Shown: in pieces, positions 1 through 11,704 of the stretch
How positions within the stretch are numbered: position 1 is the first letter of the stretch
Layout of the letters: the number at the start of each line of letters is the position of its first letter
Program-made: the position numbers and the translations under genes
The notes under the pieces: model-generated
What the model saw: the letters and a program-made list of their open reading frames with translations, nothing else
Told to the model about the DNA's origin: nothing
The model's database searches: none
Assembly (NCBI GenBank): GCA_051362555.1
Contig: CM120640.1
Location: 15,190,001-15,254,000 of the forward strand
Length of the DNA: 64,000 nucleotides
From: Lingula anatina
Lineage: Eukaryota; Animalia; Brachiopoda
Direction: 5' to 3'

Positions 1-173
1 GCAATTCCTTGGTGCTTAGAAACGTCCATGGGCATACTGTTACTGATGGTTTGTCTTCAGCTTATCAGACCAGAAAGATGAAAAAATCCTTTACTTTTGG
101 ATGTTTTGTGTGTCCTTGGCAGGTCATATATATATATTTTTTTTTCAATGAAGCATTGATTTGTATCATATCC

Positions 174-520
174 TTAAAGGGATAATAACTCTTCGTATGA
201 GACCTATATTTCACGATAAAAACCTTGTGAATAACTCATAGAAATATAATATATTCTGTTTTACCACAAACACAGCAGTTATAGCTTTTATTCTGATATT
301 TGAACTTGTCTTTAGACCACGTGACCTCCATTGATGTCTATACTCTGTTAAAATCTCTTAAGAGATTTTAACAAAAAAACAAACTTTTTAGAAAAAAACC
401 AGGGACTAACTTTGAATGTAAAAATGGATTCAATAAGCATTGGTAAGTATGGAAAAATTGTTGTTTACTCCAGGAAAATTCATTTTTTGGCCGAAACGAA
501 GAGTTATTATTGCTTTTAGT
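174..520. mobile_element. Non-autonomous DNA transposon (MITE, TTAA-flanked, Kolobok-like), copy 1
   Basis: Left end TTAA-AGGGATAATAACTCTTC and right end GAAGAGTTATTATTGCTTTTA form imperfect TIRs; body is the reverse complement of 3598-3837. Confidence 0.7.
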
Positions 521-2439
521 TAATTACTTGGAGTGTTTCTCTCTGTAGTTTTGCAAGCATATTTAAGTGAATACTATCAACAAGTAAGGACATGGATCAC
601 AGTGTTGCCTTGTTTATTATCTAAGAAACCTAGTTCACTGAAACAAACCTTGCTTACTTAAATAAACTTCATATGTTGGGGAAAATCATAAGGAGAGTGC
701 TTTTGATGTTCTAATCCGGCCAAGCAGTTTGAACATGCTCTTTCTGTTAAAAATCTTATAGGAAATGCTAGATATCTGAAACAATAGAGATCTAATCAAT
801 GTTTGATAATAACTGTATGTTTTAAATGTGTTCACTGATAGCATTCTCCTTGGCAACATTACTTTATCCTGTTGGACTTCCCCTAAATACGAGTCATATT
901 TGGCCTAACTAAAAGCCAGAAAGAATTACATGTTTATATTTGTTTTATTTAGTAGCTTTTCTTTTTTAAGTGCTTGAAAGTTTAGATATGGAAACTTGAA
1001 TATCAGATAAAGCAAATATGTGCAATAATGCGACAAATACACAGGCAGTAATTATTTTTTGCTTGGATTCTTTTATTTCTGTGAAAGTGTTTATAAGCCA
1101 ATGGTTGAGATTCTCCAACTTGACATTGTTAATTGTTGTAGGTCATTTGTCAAATTTGCTTGTAGAATTTGATACAAGAGTAGATATAAATGTAGCATCT
1201 CGTTGCTTTTGTACAAAGCATGTTGATTCATAGAGGTATTTCCCATATTTGTGGACATCATAGACTGGTCTCTGATTCACCGTATTGTAAACTGTATAAT
1301 AACCATTCAGTCAATTATGGTTGTCATGAAAATGCCTACATTCACCACTGCTAATATAATAATAGCCAATTATATTTGTATTGTGGAGAGACCTAGGTTT
1401 TTGTAAGCATCTTTTTAATATTCCCGTACAGATTTGTGCAGCTTGATAATGGGTAGGATATTGACAATCCACATTTTGAATTTATGCTGTAAAGTTATTG
1501 TTTTACATCTGGCCTTTAATGGGAACTCCATTGATGCAGTGTATGAACAATTATGTAATGCTGAAACCGAATATGATTTTCAGTGGAAATATTTTTATTC
1601 GAAATAAACAATACAATTTGCATCGTGTACAGCAAAATAAAATCAATATAAACATCAAGTTTGTCTTGTGTATTTACACATTTCTAAACATACCAGTACT
1701 GGTCACAATCAACCCATACCAAATGTAGACTTCACGACAAGCAAAATTGTAATTTGTCAAATTCTTCTTTATTCCTGGCTAATCTGCAGCATGCCTTCTT
1801 AGATGTTGAGTAAACTCTTTTACTTGATAAAATTCCAGTCACTGAAATAAGGATGCAAAAAGTTATCCAAGTTATGACTCAAACAATCAAAAAGCCAAGT
1901 TTTGTCACTGTATTTGTACTTATACTACAAGGGTATTGTATCGGAATATCAGTCGTAAGTGGCCGATGCCAACTGCTGCCATTGCCCATAACTACTGCTC
2001 CAACAGAGATCGCCTCCGATATTTTAAACCCATCAGCGGATTGCAAAGCATAAAAAAGAAGCCACATTGCGCAGTCCATGTTCAATATTTAGATATAGGT
2101 CGCTTCACATTGGAAGCCATACATTTAATGCAATCAATGTAGAACGTCACCACTACTAATCAGCGCATTAAATCCCAAGTATTAGCGTTTTAAATGTGTG
2201 CGCCAATCCCTTGGACATGTGACCAAAAAGTAGGTAAGAAATTGATGAATTAATGCGACATACAAAATAGTGCTCTTATTGTTACAATTAGAATATATTA
2301 AAGGCTTTGATAAACAATTTCACTTGTATGAAAAATAACCGGACACTTGTTCTGTTGTTTTATGTAGTATTTCAGCCATTTCAATGAAAAATGTACCGTG
2401 GCATTTCTAGCGCGCAATAATATTGTTTATCAACAAGCA

Positions 2440-2551
2440 CCTGTGGACTACATTCGACATGGCGGCCACTAGAAGGAAGATGGCAAATTTTTTACAAATA
2501 TTTGTTTCGACTGTCTTTAATAATATTTAATCGCAATCGGATGTCTTGCAG
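2440..2551 (+). promoter_or_regulatory. Probable promoter and non-coding first exon of the zinc-finger gene
   Basis: CpG-richer patch with GGACTACA (2445) and YY1-like ACATGGCGGC (2457); strong donor CAG|GTAAG at 2551/2552; matching acceptor at 3954 just upstream of the ATG at 3967. Confidence 0.55.
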
Positions 2552-3597
2552 GTAAGAACACGTCTTGAATTGCTAAGATAAGTATGAAATATTCAGATAC
2601 ATCACTTTTACGGGATAAGTATTATGACCTATTTCGCATTAAAATGACAATCTGACAAGATAGAAGATGAAAATCGAATTAGTGCGAATGCATTGCCCGG
2701 TATATCTTTCTGCAGAGTTTCTTGTTCTCCCCTCACAGTAGACATTCACTCAGTAGGTTCCGTTATGTCACAAGATCGGCAATATGCGAGCTATTTGACC
2801 ATTATATTTGGTTTTACTGTCCAGGGGGGCATGTGAGTTTTTACTTTTAGTGACTGAAACTAATTGTGTCCAAACTTGTTGTGAACATGTTATCTATGTG
2901 AAGGTCACCATAGATAACTGTGTCGAGTTCTTCACTTTGAGTTATGTCCTATGGTTCTTTTGAGCTTCATTGTCATTATTTCATGCATAGATACAACTTT
3001 TGAATAAGAAGTAAAAAGACCCACTGTAGGGTGCACAAGTTAAATCATTATGATAATATGCTTCATTACCAAAGTATGGGTGATTGTGTGCACCTAGTGA
3101 TTATTATGTGATAAGAAAGCATTGCATTCATAACATCATGGAATATCATCATTATGTGTTTGTAATTTCAACGTGGTAGAGATGTAATTTTTTTTTGTTA
3201 TAGGTCAAAAAGTTATAACTATATGAATTTAAACACTTACATAGCTAGTTTGCATAATAAGTGGTATAAGCATGTGATTGTTTGCTATAGATAAACAAAT
3301 AAAATAGTATTTAATATTTACAGAAAGCAGAAAAAAGTTTTAATTGTTTTGTTTTTCATCAGTTCTTAAAAACATTTTACACAACTTAAACTTTTTTGGT
3401 TACACAATATTGAATAAATTGGCCTTTGTATCATAAAGTAGCAATGACCAGAAGTTGATAGGTAATTTATGTTGGGAATGTGGGATAGTTATATTAATTA
3501 AATGTTATTTGAAATAACATCAATTATGAAAAAAAAACAACAAAAAGATCAAAGGTGATTTTTACAAAACTTCAGTTGGGATGAGTTATTTCTATGA

Positions 3598-3837
3598 TTA
3601 AAAGGATAGTAACTCTTAGTTTTGGCCAAAAAAATTAATTTTCCTGGAGTAAACTCTTAAGAGATTATAACAGAGTATAGCCATCAATGGAGGTCTAAAG
3701 ACAAGCTCAGATATCAGAATTATAGCTATAACTGCTGTTTTTGTGGTACAACAGAATATATTATATTTCTATGAGTTGTTCACAATGTTTTTTATTGTGA
3801 GATATAGATCTCATATGAAGAGTTATTATCCCTTTAA
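3598..3837. mobile_element. MITE copy 2 (same family as 174-520, inverted, internally shorter)
   Basis: TTAA-AAGGATAGTAACTCTT ... GAAGAGTTATTATCCCT-TTAA; ~200 bp align in reverse complement with copy 1. Confidence 0.7.
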
Positions 3838-3966
3838 TGATTTTTTGAGGAATTAATGTTTGAGTTCAAAACTCCCCAAAAACTTCAAGAATGTTTAGTC
3901 AACATATCTTGATTTGATATCAGTTGCTTAAATCATTGACCATTTTCTTTTCAGTTTTGATGCCAA

Positions 3967-6900
3967 ATGGGGAAGCCCATTTACCGTCATTTTGCAAGGT
4001 GGAACAAGCAGTCTACCAGTAGTGGTCAGACACAGCACACCATAGCAGATCCAACAAGGCAAACCATGTTCACGTGCACAAGATGTTGTAAGGTAATGAC
4101 TGGATATGATGAATTAGTTGTTTTCTATCAATCATTGGTTATATTTTAAATAATGGTTAAAACATGTCTTTTCCTTTGCTTACCACTGAATGTTTTTGAA
4201 AAGATAAAAGTGAAAATTTGGTAATATTTTTCATCTTTTTATTATATTTGCAACTTAGATAATGTCAGGAAAATAATAGTTATTTGATGAAAATTAAAAC
4301 TATGCTTTTATAACCAGTGGTCTTTGACCTGTATTGAAGCAAAGTATGTCTTTACAATGAATTTTTTTTTCTTTTTGAGGTTTTAGATTAGGAAACCAAT
4401 TGCACTTTAAATTCTCTGCCATATTAAGATTATTTTTTTCATTTCAGACATTTGCCCAGTCCCACTTACTGTTGCAGCACCTGTGCCACCATCCTAGTGA
4501 GCATCCGTACAAATGTGCAATTTGTCTTCGGAGATTCTTCTGCTATAAACATCTGCACATTCACGAAGAGGTGCATGCATCACAAAGGTGTCATAGTTGT
4601 AAACATTGCAATGAAGTCTTCAGTTGGAGAGCCTATAGGAATCTACATTTAGTCAGACAACATCACTTGGTGCCACGATTTAAAAAGAAAATTTGTCGAC
4701 GGAAACGGAGATGGAGATCTAAGCTTCCTAATTCAGAAGACAGTTCAGAGACCTTCAGGGTTGTGAGCCTTGACAATGGTTCGAATAGAATTAAAATCAG
4801 GTTCAAGCTTCCATTACCAGAGCAAAAAGAGGAAGAAGAAGTTGTACAAAGTGAACAAAGACCTGCCATACCTAAGTTAAAAATTGTGCAAAATCAGATA
4901 GTACGGACAGATGTTGAAAGCTGTCAGGGAAATGTTGAGAATACTGAGAAGCTTAAAAAACCTAAAAGAAATTACAGGAGTAGAAAGGCTGAAAGTGTGG
5001 TTCATTCTCATGAGGAAACACCAAACAGACGTAGCTCACTACGAAAACAGGAAAAAGACTCTGGTCAGGATGATGAAGTGACAGCGCGGGTTACCAGGTC
5101 ACAAGTCAAGTCCTTAGAGACCATAAAAAGTAATGAGCTTCCAGTTACTGATCAAAAATTAAATAATTCATCAATACTGGATAAAGGTAGTGATGGCACT
5201 GATGAACAAAGCTCAGCATTTCCCAACAAAACAGGCAGCATCATACTGAAACTGAAACTAAGTCATGGGAAAGTGAGATTTGCAGAACCTGTCAGTGAAA
5301 CTGTGTCAAATGAACTCTCACCAGAGGTTGCTGATGACAAAAAAACTGAAAAAGAGAATGATATTGTCCCACCTGTGACAACCCCTGCAGTCCACGATCC
5401 CTATGAATTTGATTCTCCATCTGATGATGAACCTCTTGTGACACTATGTAGACCTGGTGGTGTGTCGAATAGGTCTGAAAAATTGGAGCATCTCAAAGAG
5501 CCCAGATTGAATGGCACTGTGCCATCCCCAGGGACTCCTATGAGTGCCATCAGGGTGCATAAGTCGCCTAGAAGTTTATACGAGTCATGGCAGAAACAAA
5601 AGCAACAGCAACCATCTAAGTTGTCTTTGGGAGCTGCTTCTCAGATAAACTCTTTTTATAGATCTGGATTTGGAACTCCTCTAAGTTCTCTCCCTCATGG
5701 CCGTGGGCGTGGTAGGGGGAGAGGGCGAGGGAGGGGCAGAGGGCGAGGGAGGGGCAGGGGTAGAAGTGCCCAGAGGACAGAAAGCCCAGCAAGGTATCCA
5801 CTGAGAAACCAAAATCCGACAACTGACCCCACCCATCAAATAAACTCGGAGCCCATTCTAGTACAAGAAAGTGAACTGCCTGGCATACAGCTGAGTCAAA
5901 GTGCCTCTGAGTCCAAAGAAACTCAAGCACAGTCTTTAAGTCATGTGACTCCTCCAATGAATGGAGATAACCCAGATGTTGCTAATGGTGATGCCCAGTC
6001 AAATGCCAATTCATGGCAGGTCGAGTCCAAATTAGGAGGAAGCATAAAACTGAGGATAAAACGTACTGAGTGTTTAAACAAGTCTTTGAAGGAAAGTAGT
6101 CCTCCTTCTGTGGAAGAGAAGAGCAGTGTTGTTTCTGACTCTTTGCCTGAAAAGAAACTGCCAATGTTGCCCTTGAAAATTAGAATTTCCAGAAGTGGGA
6201 ATGGTAATTACACAACTGGAACTACAGATTCAGAATCTCCAAAGGGTGAGTCATTTCCCAAAGAGCAGCTTAGTCAAGGAGCTGTCAGTGATGGCTCTAA
6301 ACCGTCAGTTGAAAATGAAATACAAAATGGTGACAATCATAAAGTGTTGGACATGGCAGGTGAGGATGTCTCAAAAGTAGATGCAGAGAAGCCAATAGAA
6401 TATAATCATACAACAGAGTTGTCTACAGCAGAGATAGCAAACAATGCAGAGAACAGCATAGAGGAAGGTGTAGATGATCAGTTGAAGAACGCAACTTCTC
6501 AGCCAAGTCGAGAAGATGTAGAGTTCTACAAGAACAGCAGTAAGTGGAAACCTATTCCAGAGGTGTCTGCTGAAGAGAAAGCTGCTATGGAGTCAGCAGA
6601 TAAGGACAAACCACTTGATATGAGTATCCCGGTTGCAGATAAAGAAAAATCCCCGAGTGTGGTGGAAAGTGTCAACACCAAACCAGCTGAGCTATCAGTG
6701 TCACACAAGATACTGTCCCCTGAGGGTTGGGGGCGACTCTGGGAGCCAGTTGCAAAAAGTCCCTCTCCAGAGCCAGAGCCTGTGCCCACTCTTGATGAGA
6801 AGACGGGCCTGCTGTTAACCAAAGGTAACCCCTGTGAAATGCAACAAGATGCAGAGCCAAATAAGATCCCTTGTAGCAATGAGAATCTCCTTGAAGAAAA

Positions 6901-9900
6901 GGTTTCCCCTGAAGTGAGACACATGGATGATTATACCAGACTCAAGTCAGCATCATCGCCTATAGACAAAGCTAAACACATGGCAAATGGAGTAGGTGCT
7001 GCAAGTCCAATAGAGAAGCAGGTGCCATGGCAACCTATGCTTCCCCTAAATGAGGCCGGTTTGATGCAGTTTCATCCCTTCATGCATGTCACAAATGCAT
7101 CACAACAGCTACAGCAGAAGCAAGAGAAAACAATAAATGCTTTGTCTGGGAGCAAGATACCCTGGCTTGGACACCCAGGAATCCCACCTCAGGAACTTCT
7201 TAGCCAGCTCCCTTTGCAAGGAATGAATCCTTTCCAGGCACAGTATCTGGTGGCTCTACATGCACAGTACCTTCTTGGTCATGGAAATTTGCCTTTCCTC
7301 CCCATGCAAACTCCACAGCAAACCGCCCTACACTCAGACATTATTGGTGCTCACAAAGCCTCAGGAGGTTTAATGATACCTGAAGCTCACCCTCCAATGA
7401 ATACGAATCTCATTAATGGCAATATCCCACAGTCTGATAGACCAGCAACTAACAGCAGTCAAAAGTCAAAACCTTCAGGAAAATTGGGCTTGAAAAAATC
7501 AGAAGAAAAAGTGGCCGAAGAAGCTGCATTTTCTGATCTGAGTGAGGATGAATTCCCAGAAATCAACTTGACATTTACCAACAAAAATGACAGTAGTGAC
7601 AGCAGTGATGATGAGGTGCTGAAAGTGTCTGTTGTCCAACCTAAGAAACCTGAAATAAAGAGAAACCGGGGAATGGATAAGATGAATGGAACAAGGAGTA
7701 GTTTGGACTCCATAGATGATAAGAGTATGGAGAGTTCTGCAAGCTTCAGTTCCAGAACACCGCACAACCTGTCTTCACCTCAGTATGAATTTAATATGCA
7801 GAGATCCAGCATGGTGAAGAATACTGTTGAAACGAACGGACCATTTTCTCCTGATAACTCACTTCAAGATGTCCTGCCTCAGGGTAGAGCGGCAAAAACA
7901 AAAGCGAGACAGCAAATGAAGCGAATGAAAGTTTTAAGGAATAGGACCAAGTCGGACAGCAAATCAGATATAGACATCACAGAGAACAAAGATGTACCTT
8001 TGGCTGAAAAATCAGGTGTTCAGTTTAGCACTGAAGAGCAATATTCAGATATGTCTGCAGTGACAGAAATATCAGCTTCTCCAGTAAGAGCTGTGTCCAA
8101 CTCTGTGTCAGACTCTCTTCCACCTTTCACTAAGTCTGAAATTCTCACCAGTCCCAACCTAACCAGCCCAAATTCAAACAAATCACATGATGCATTTAAC
8201 CCATTTGAAAATGAATTTATGAGGTTCTTGCAACAGAAAACCTCAGTTGAGAAAGATGAACCCTCTGCGTTGGAATCTGATTTGATTGACAAAAGCTCAA
8301 ATGTGGAAGATGAATTATCAGAAAGTGAAACGGGGTCTAATAAATCAAAGAAGAAACCAGTACGTGCGAAAAAGACGATTCAACAAAAGTCTCGTAGTCG
8401 TAAGCCTTCTGGTGTGATAGAAGAGCCCTTGGATGAACTTCCTTCTAAACGCATAACCAGGGCAAGACTGATGTCTGGTGAGTCTATTTATTGTGAGGAC
8501 AGTGAGCCAGAAGAGGAAAACATACCCATAGAAACTAAAAAAGCTACAAAACAGAAAAAATCGGTTCCCACAGAAATGGAAAAAGTCACAAAACATAAAT
8601 CTTTATTTCCAGAAGTTGAAAAAGTTACTAAAAACAAAACTTCATTACCCACAGAAGTGGAGAAAGTCACAAAATGCAAATCGCCCTTCTCTTCAGAAGT
8701 TGAAAAAGTTACTAAAAATAGAAAAGCTGCAACAAAGGACATCGATCAAACAAGTGAAGGTGAAAAAGTTGCACTAAATGAAAATGTATCATCTAAGGAC
8801 TTGAATACATCAAACGGAAATGAGAAGGCTACAGAACTTAAAGCTGCATCACCAAGGGACTTGGTTCAACGAAATGAAAATGAAAAATTTACAAAAGCTA
8901 AAAGTGCATTACCCAAAGTCATGGATAAAACTAAAGTTAAAAGTAAGGATGCAAAAAGTAAAAATTCATCCAAGGACTTGGATAGGACAACTGAAAGCAA
9001 TATTTCCATGCCTGTTGAAAAGGAGAAAATTTTAAAGAATAAGACTCCTAAGAACACCAGTACAATTCCAGATGATATCTTTGACTTCTTAAATGAAAGC
9101 CCCAAACAAGAGGAAGAAGTTAACAAGGAAACAACTGAGCCTCTGGCAACAGAACCTGTAAAGAAAGGAAAGACAAAAATGACAGAAAGAAGAAAAATTG
9201 AGAAACAAAAATCAAAATTGACAGATGTGTTTGTGTTTGATGAAAACGATGATGAAAAAGACACTACCAAATTGTCAGATACTCTTACTATGTTTAAAGA
9301 TGATGAGGTTCTTACCTCTACACCCAAATCTGGACAAGAAAGTGTATCTGTAGGCCTACCACAGAAATCTAACCTGAAAACTAGACCGAGCCCTCGCTTA
9401 GCAGATAAAACCAACAGTGAGAAGAACAGAGAAAAATCCAGAAAGCGGGTTTCACGTGATGTTGCCTTACTTTGTGAAAACACTGGAGATGTTGACCTAG
9501 GAAGTAAAAGACTAAGAACACGCAAATCTTCCACTCAGGGAGAAGAATTGAATAAATCATTCTCTGAAAAAGACTATTTTGTTCCAGTGAAACCAGGGTC
9601 ACGGAAAACAAAGGCATCAAAAAGTCCTCGCAATGGAATGATTAGTGCAGAAAAAATGGTTAGTAATTCTCTAGCCTGTGAAGTCTTTTCAGTTACTGAA
9701 TCTTCTATTGATATTCCATTTAGTCCAGTTATAGGAAAGGAAAATACTACAAAATCTGAGCAAGAACCAGAAAAGAAAACCAGCAAAATTTCATCATCAG
9801 AGGAATCTGCAATGGAAAAAGAGATCACAAATCTTTTAGATGAACCACAGAAAGATATTGATGACTTTGATGATATATTCGCCAAAGTGTTAGGAACAAA

Positions 9901-11704
9901 CAGTGAAACAATAACTAGTCAATCACCGGAGAGAATACCTACAAAGCCTTCAGGACCAAAAAGAAAAGCACAGCAACGAAGTGATAATGAAATAGCGTCA
10001 CCAAAACAAAGTAGAACTTCAGTGAAACAGGCAGGTAAGCAGAGAAGAACATCCACATCACCGAGGCAACGAAGACCTTTTTCCTCTCCTAAACAAACCT
10101 TGTCACCTGCAGCATCTAAAAACTTTTCAGATAGTGTCTTTGACTTTGAACTTGAAGATAGTGGGGCCATGTCGTCTGGGCTGGACATAGATGCCCTCAT
10201 TGATAAAGTATTTGATGAAAAAAAGGAAAAGAAGAACACATCATCTATTATGCCAACAACGTCTATAACCCCAGCTACCAAAAAGGACATAATGGCAGAT
10301 TTAGACAAAGAATCACAAATGGAAGAAGGCAAAGTTATTTCTAAGTCCAATTCAAAATCAAAAGCGAGGGCTATTTCCAAGACAACAAAGCGTAATTTTG
10401 CTAATAGAGCACCAACCAAAAGCATGGCTGCCAAGCCTACTGCAGCACAGGAGAAATCTAATGAAGAGTCTGTGAAACTTAAGCGATTGCCTAAAAAGAA
10501 GCCAGTAGCTATTTATAGTGACTCGGACAGTGATTATGATGAAGTGTTCACATCCAAGGACAAGGTCCTTGAAAAAAGAAAGGAAGACCATTTGGTTGAC
10601 CACTGTCAACAACTACTAACTTTAAGATCAAACATCTGCAAATTCTTGCTAACAATATTCCCAGACATTCAGTATGTTGGAGACTTCAACCCAGAAAGTG
10701 ATGATGTAGAGGACTTGATGGAAGATATTGGAAAGTGTGTCACTGGCCAGAGCTTTGACATTACAGCAGACCTTCAAAAGATTCACTGTGGGCATTTGAC
10801 AAACAAACTTGCAGTTGGTTTATGCAAAGCACCAGAAAAATGCTGCAATGTGTTGTGTGATAAAGTGTGCAATTTCTTGAGAGTGATTCTCCCTGATTTA
10901 GATGTATCAGGGGAATTCAAGGAATGTCGTTCAGAGTATCTCAGACTGTGTAAAATTATGGACAAAGTGATAGATGAAAACAGCAGGCCACTTGTATTAC
11001 AACCAGCGCTTTTACCACAAAAAGAAAATGACAAAACAAGTGATCAGAATGACAAGAAAGATCAAGAAACATTGAATGAAAGTGTGCAAACAACTGATAC
11101 AGTTGCGAATGACACAGTGCAAAATGAACATTGTGAAAGCTTATTCAACTTCAACAATAACAATTCGTATTTATTAAACAAGGCAGATTTACCTATAGCA
11201 CATAAGAGCAAGACAACCCAAAGTGACAGTGATTCCTCTTCTAGCAGTAGCAGTGATTCCTCCAGTGACTCGTCAGATAGTGACAGTGATAGTGATAGTA
11301 GCACTGCCAACAAAACCAAGAAAAAAACTAAGAAACGGAGCTCCAGCTCCAGCAGCAGTAGTGACAGTAGTGATGATGATGAGGATGAGAAAAAACAAAA
11401 GGCTGAAAATCCTGCCCCAGCAGGTGAGAAACCATCTGATTCAGTGCTAGTCAAAAACCAGGAAAAAGACCAGGAAAAGCATGACATTTCAGGTGCTAGT
11501 GAAATAAATACAACCAACAATAGTGATGCTCCTTTAGAGAAAGACAAGAAAGATAACGCCAGCTCCTCAAGTAGCTCTGATGATAGTAGCAGTAGTAGCA
11601 GCAGTAGCAGTGACAGTTCTGACAGTGATAGTTCTGACAGTTCAGACGATGAATCTAAGAACAGTTCAAGCAGTGTTAGTAGTCCTGGAAGTCCATACTT
11701 TTAG
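3967..11704 (+). CDS. Large C2H2 zinc-finger protein (~2460 aa): 3 N-terminal fingers followed by a long disordered, Ser/Lys/Glu-rich region
   Basis: Exons 3967-4092 (AAG|GTAATG) and 4448-11704 (TTTCAG|ACA) join in phase 0 to give finger 1 FTCTRCCKTFAQSHLLLQHLCHH, then YKCAICLRRFFCYKHLHIHEEVH and CHSCKHCNEVFSWRAYRNLHLVRQH; 7.26-kb uninterrupted terminal exon. Confidence 0.85.
5699..5764 (+). repeat. Coding (Gly-Arg)11 repeat
   Basis: GRGRGRGRGRGRGRGRGRGRGR in the zinc-finger ORF. Confidence 0.9.
8567..8725 (+). repeat. Coding tandem repeat, 4 x ~13-14 aa (E[MV]EKVTK core)
   Basis: PTEMEKVTKHKSLF / PEVEKVTKNKTSL / PTEVEKVTKCKSPF / SSEVEKVTKNRK. Confidence 0.85.

Noticed and set aside
1590-2140. 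Possible divergent gene upstream of the zinc-finger promoter (ORF 1879-2085, acceptor-like site near 1842)
   Set aside because: No recognisable protein, no convincing donor, all frames close quickly; could be a lncRNA but unsupported
4663-11547. Many antisense and alternate-frame ORFs over the zinc-finger exon
   Set aside because: Shadow ORFs caused by codon bias of the long real ORF
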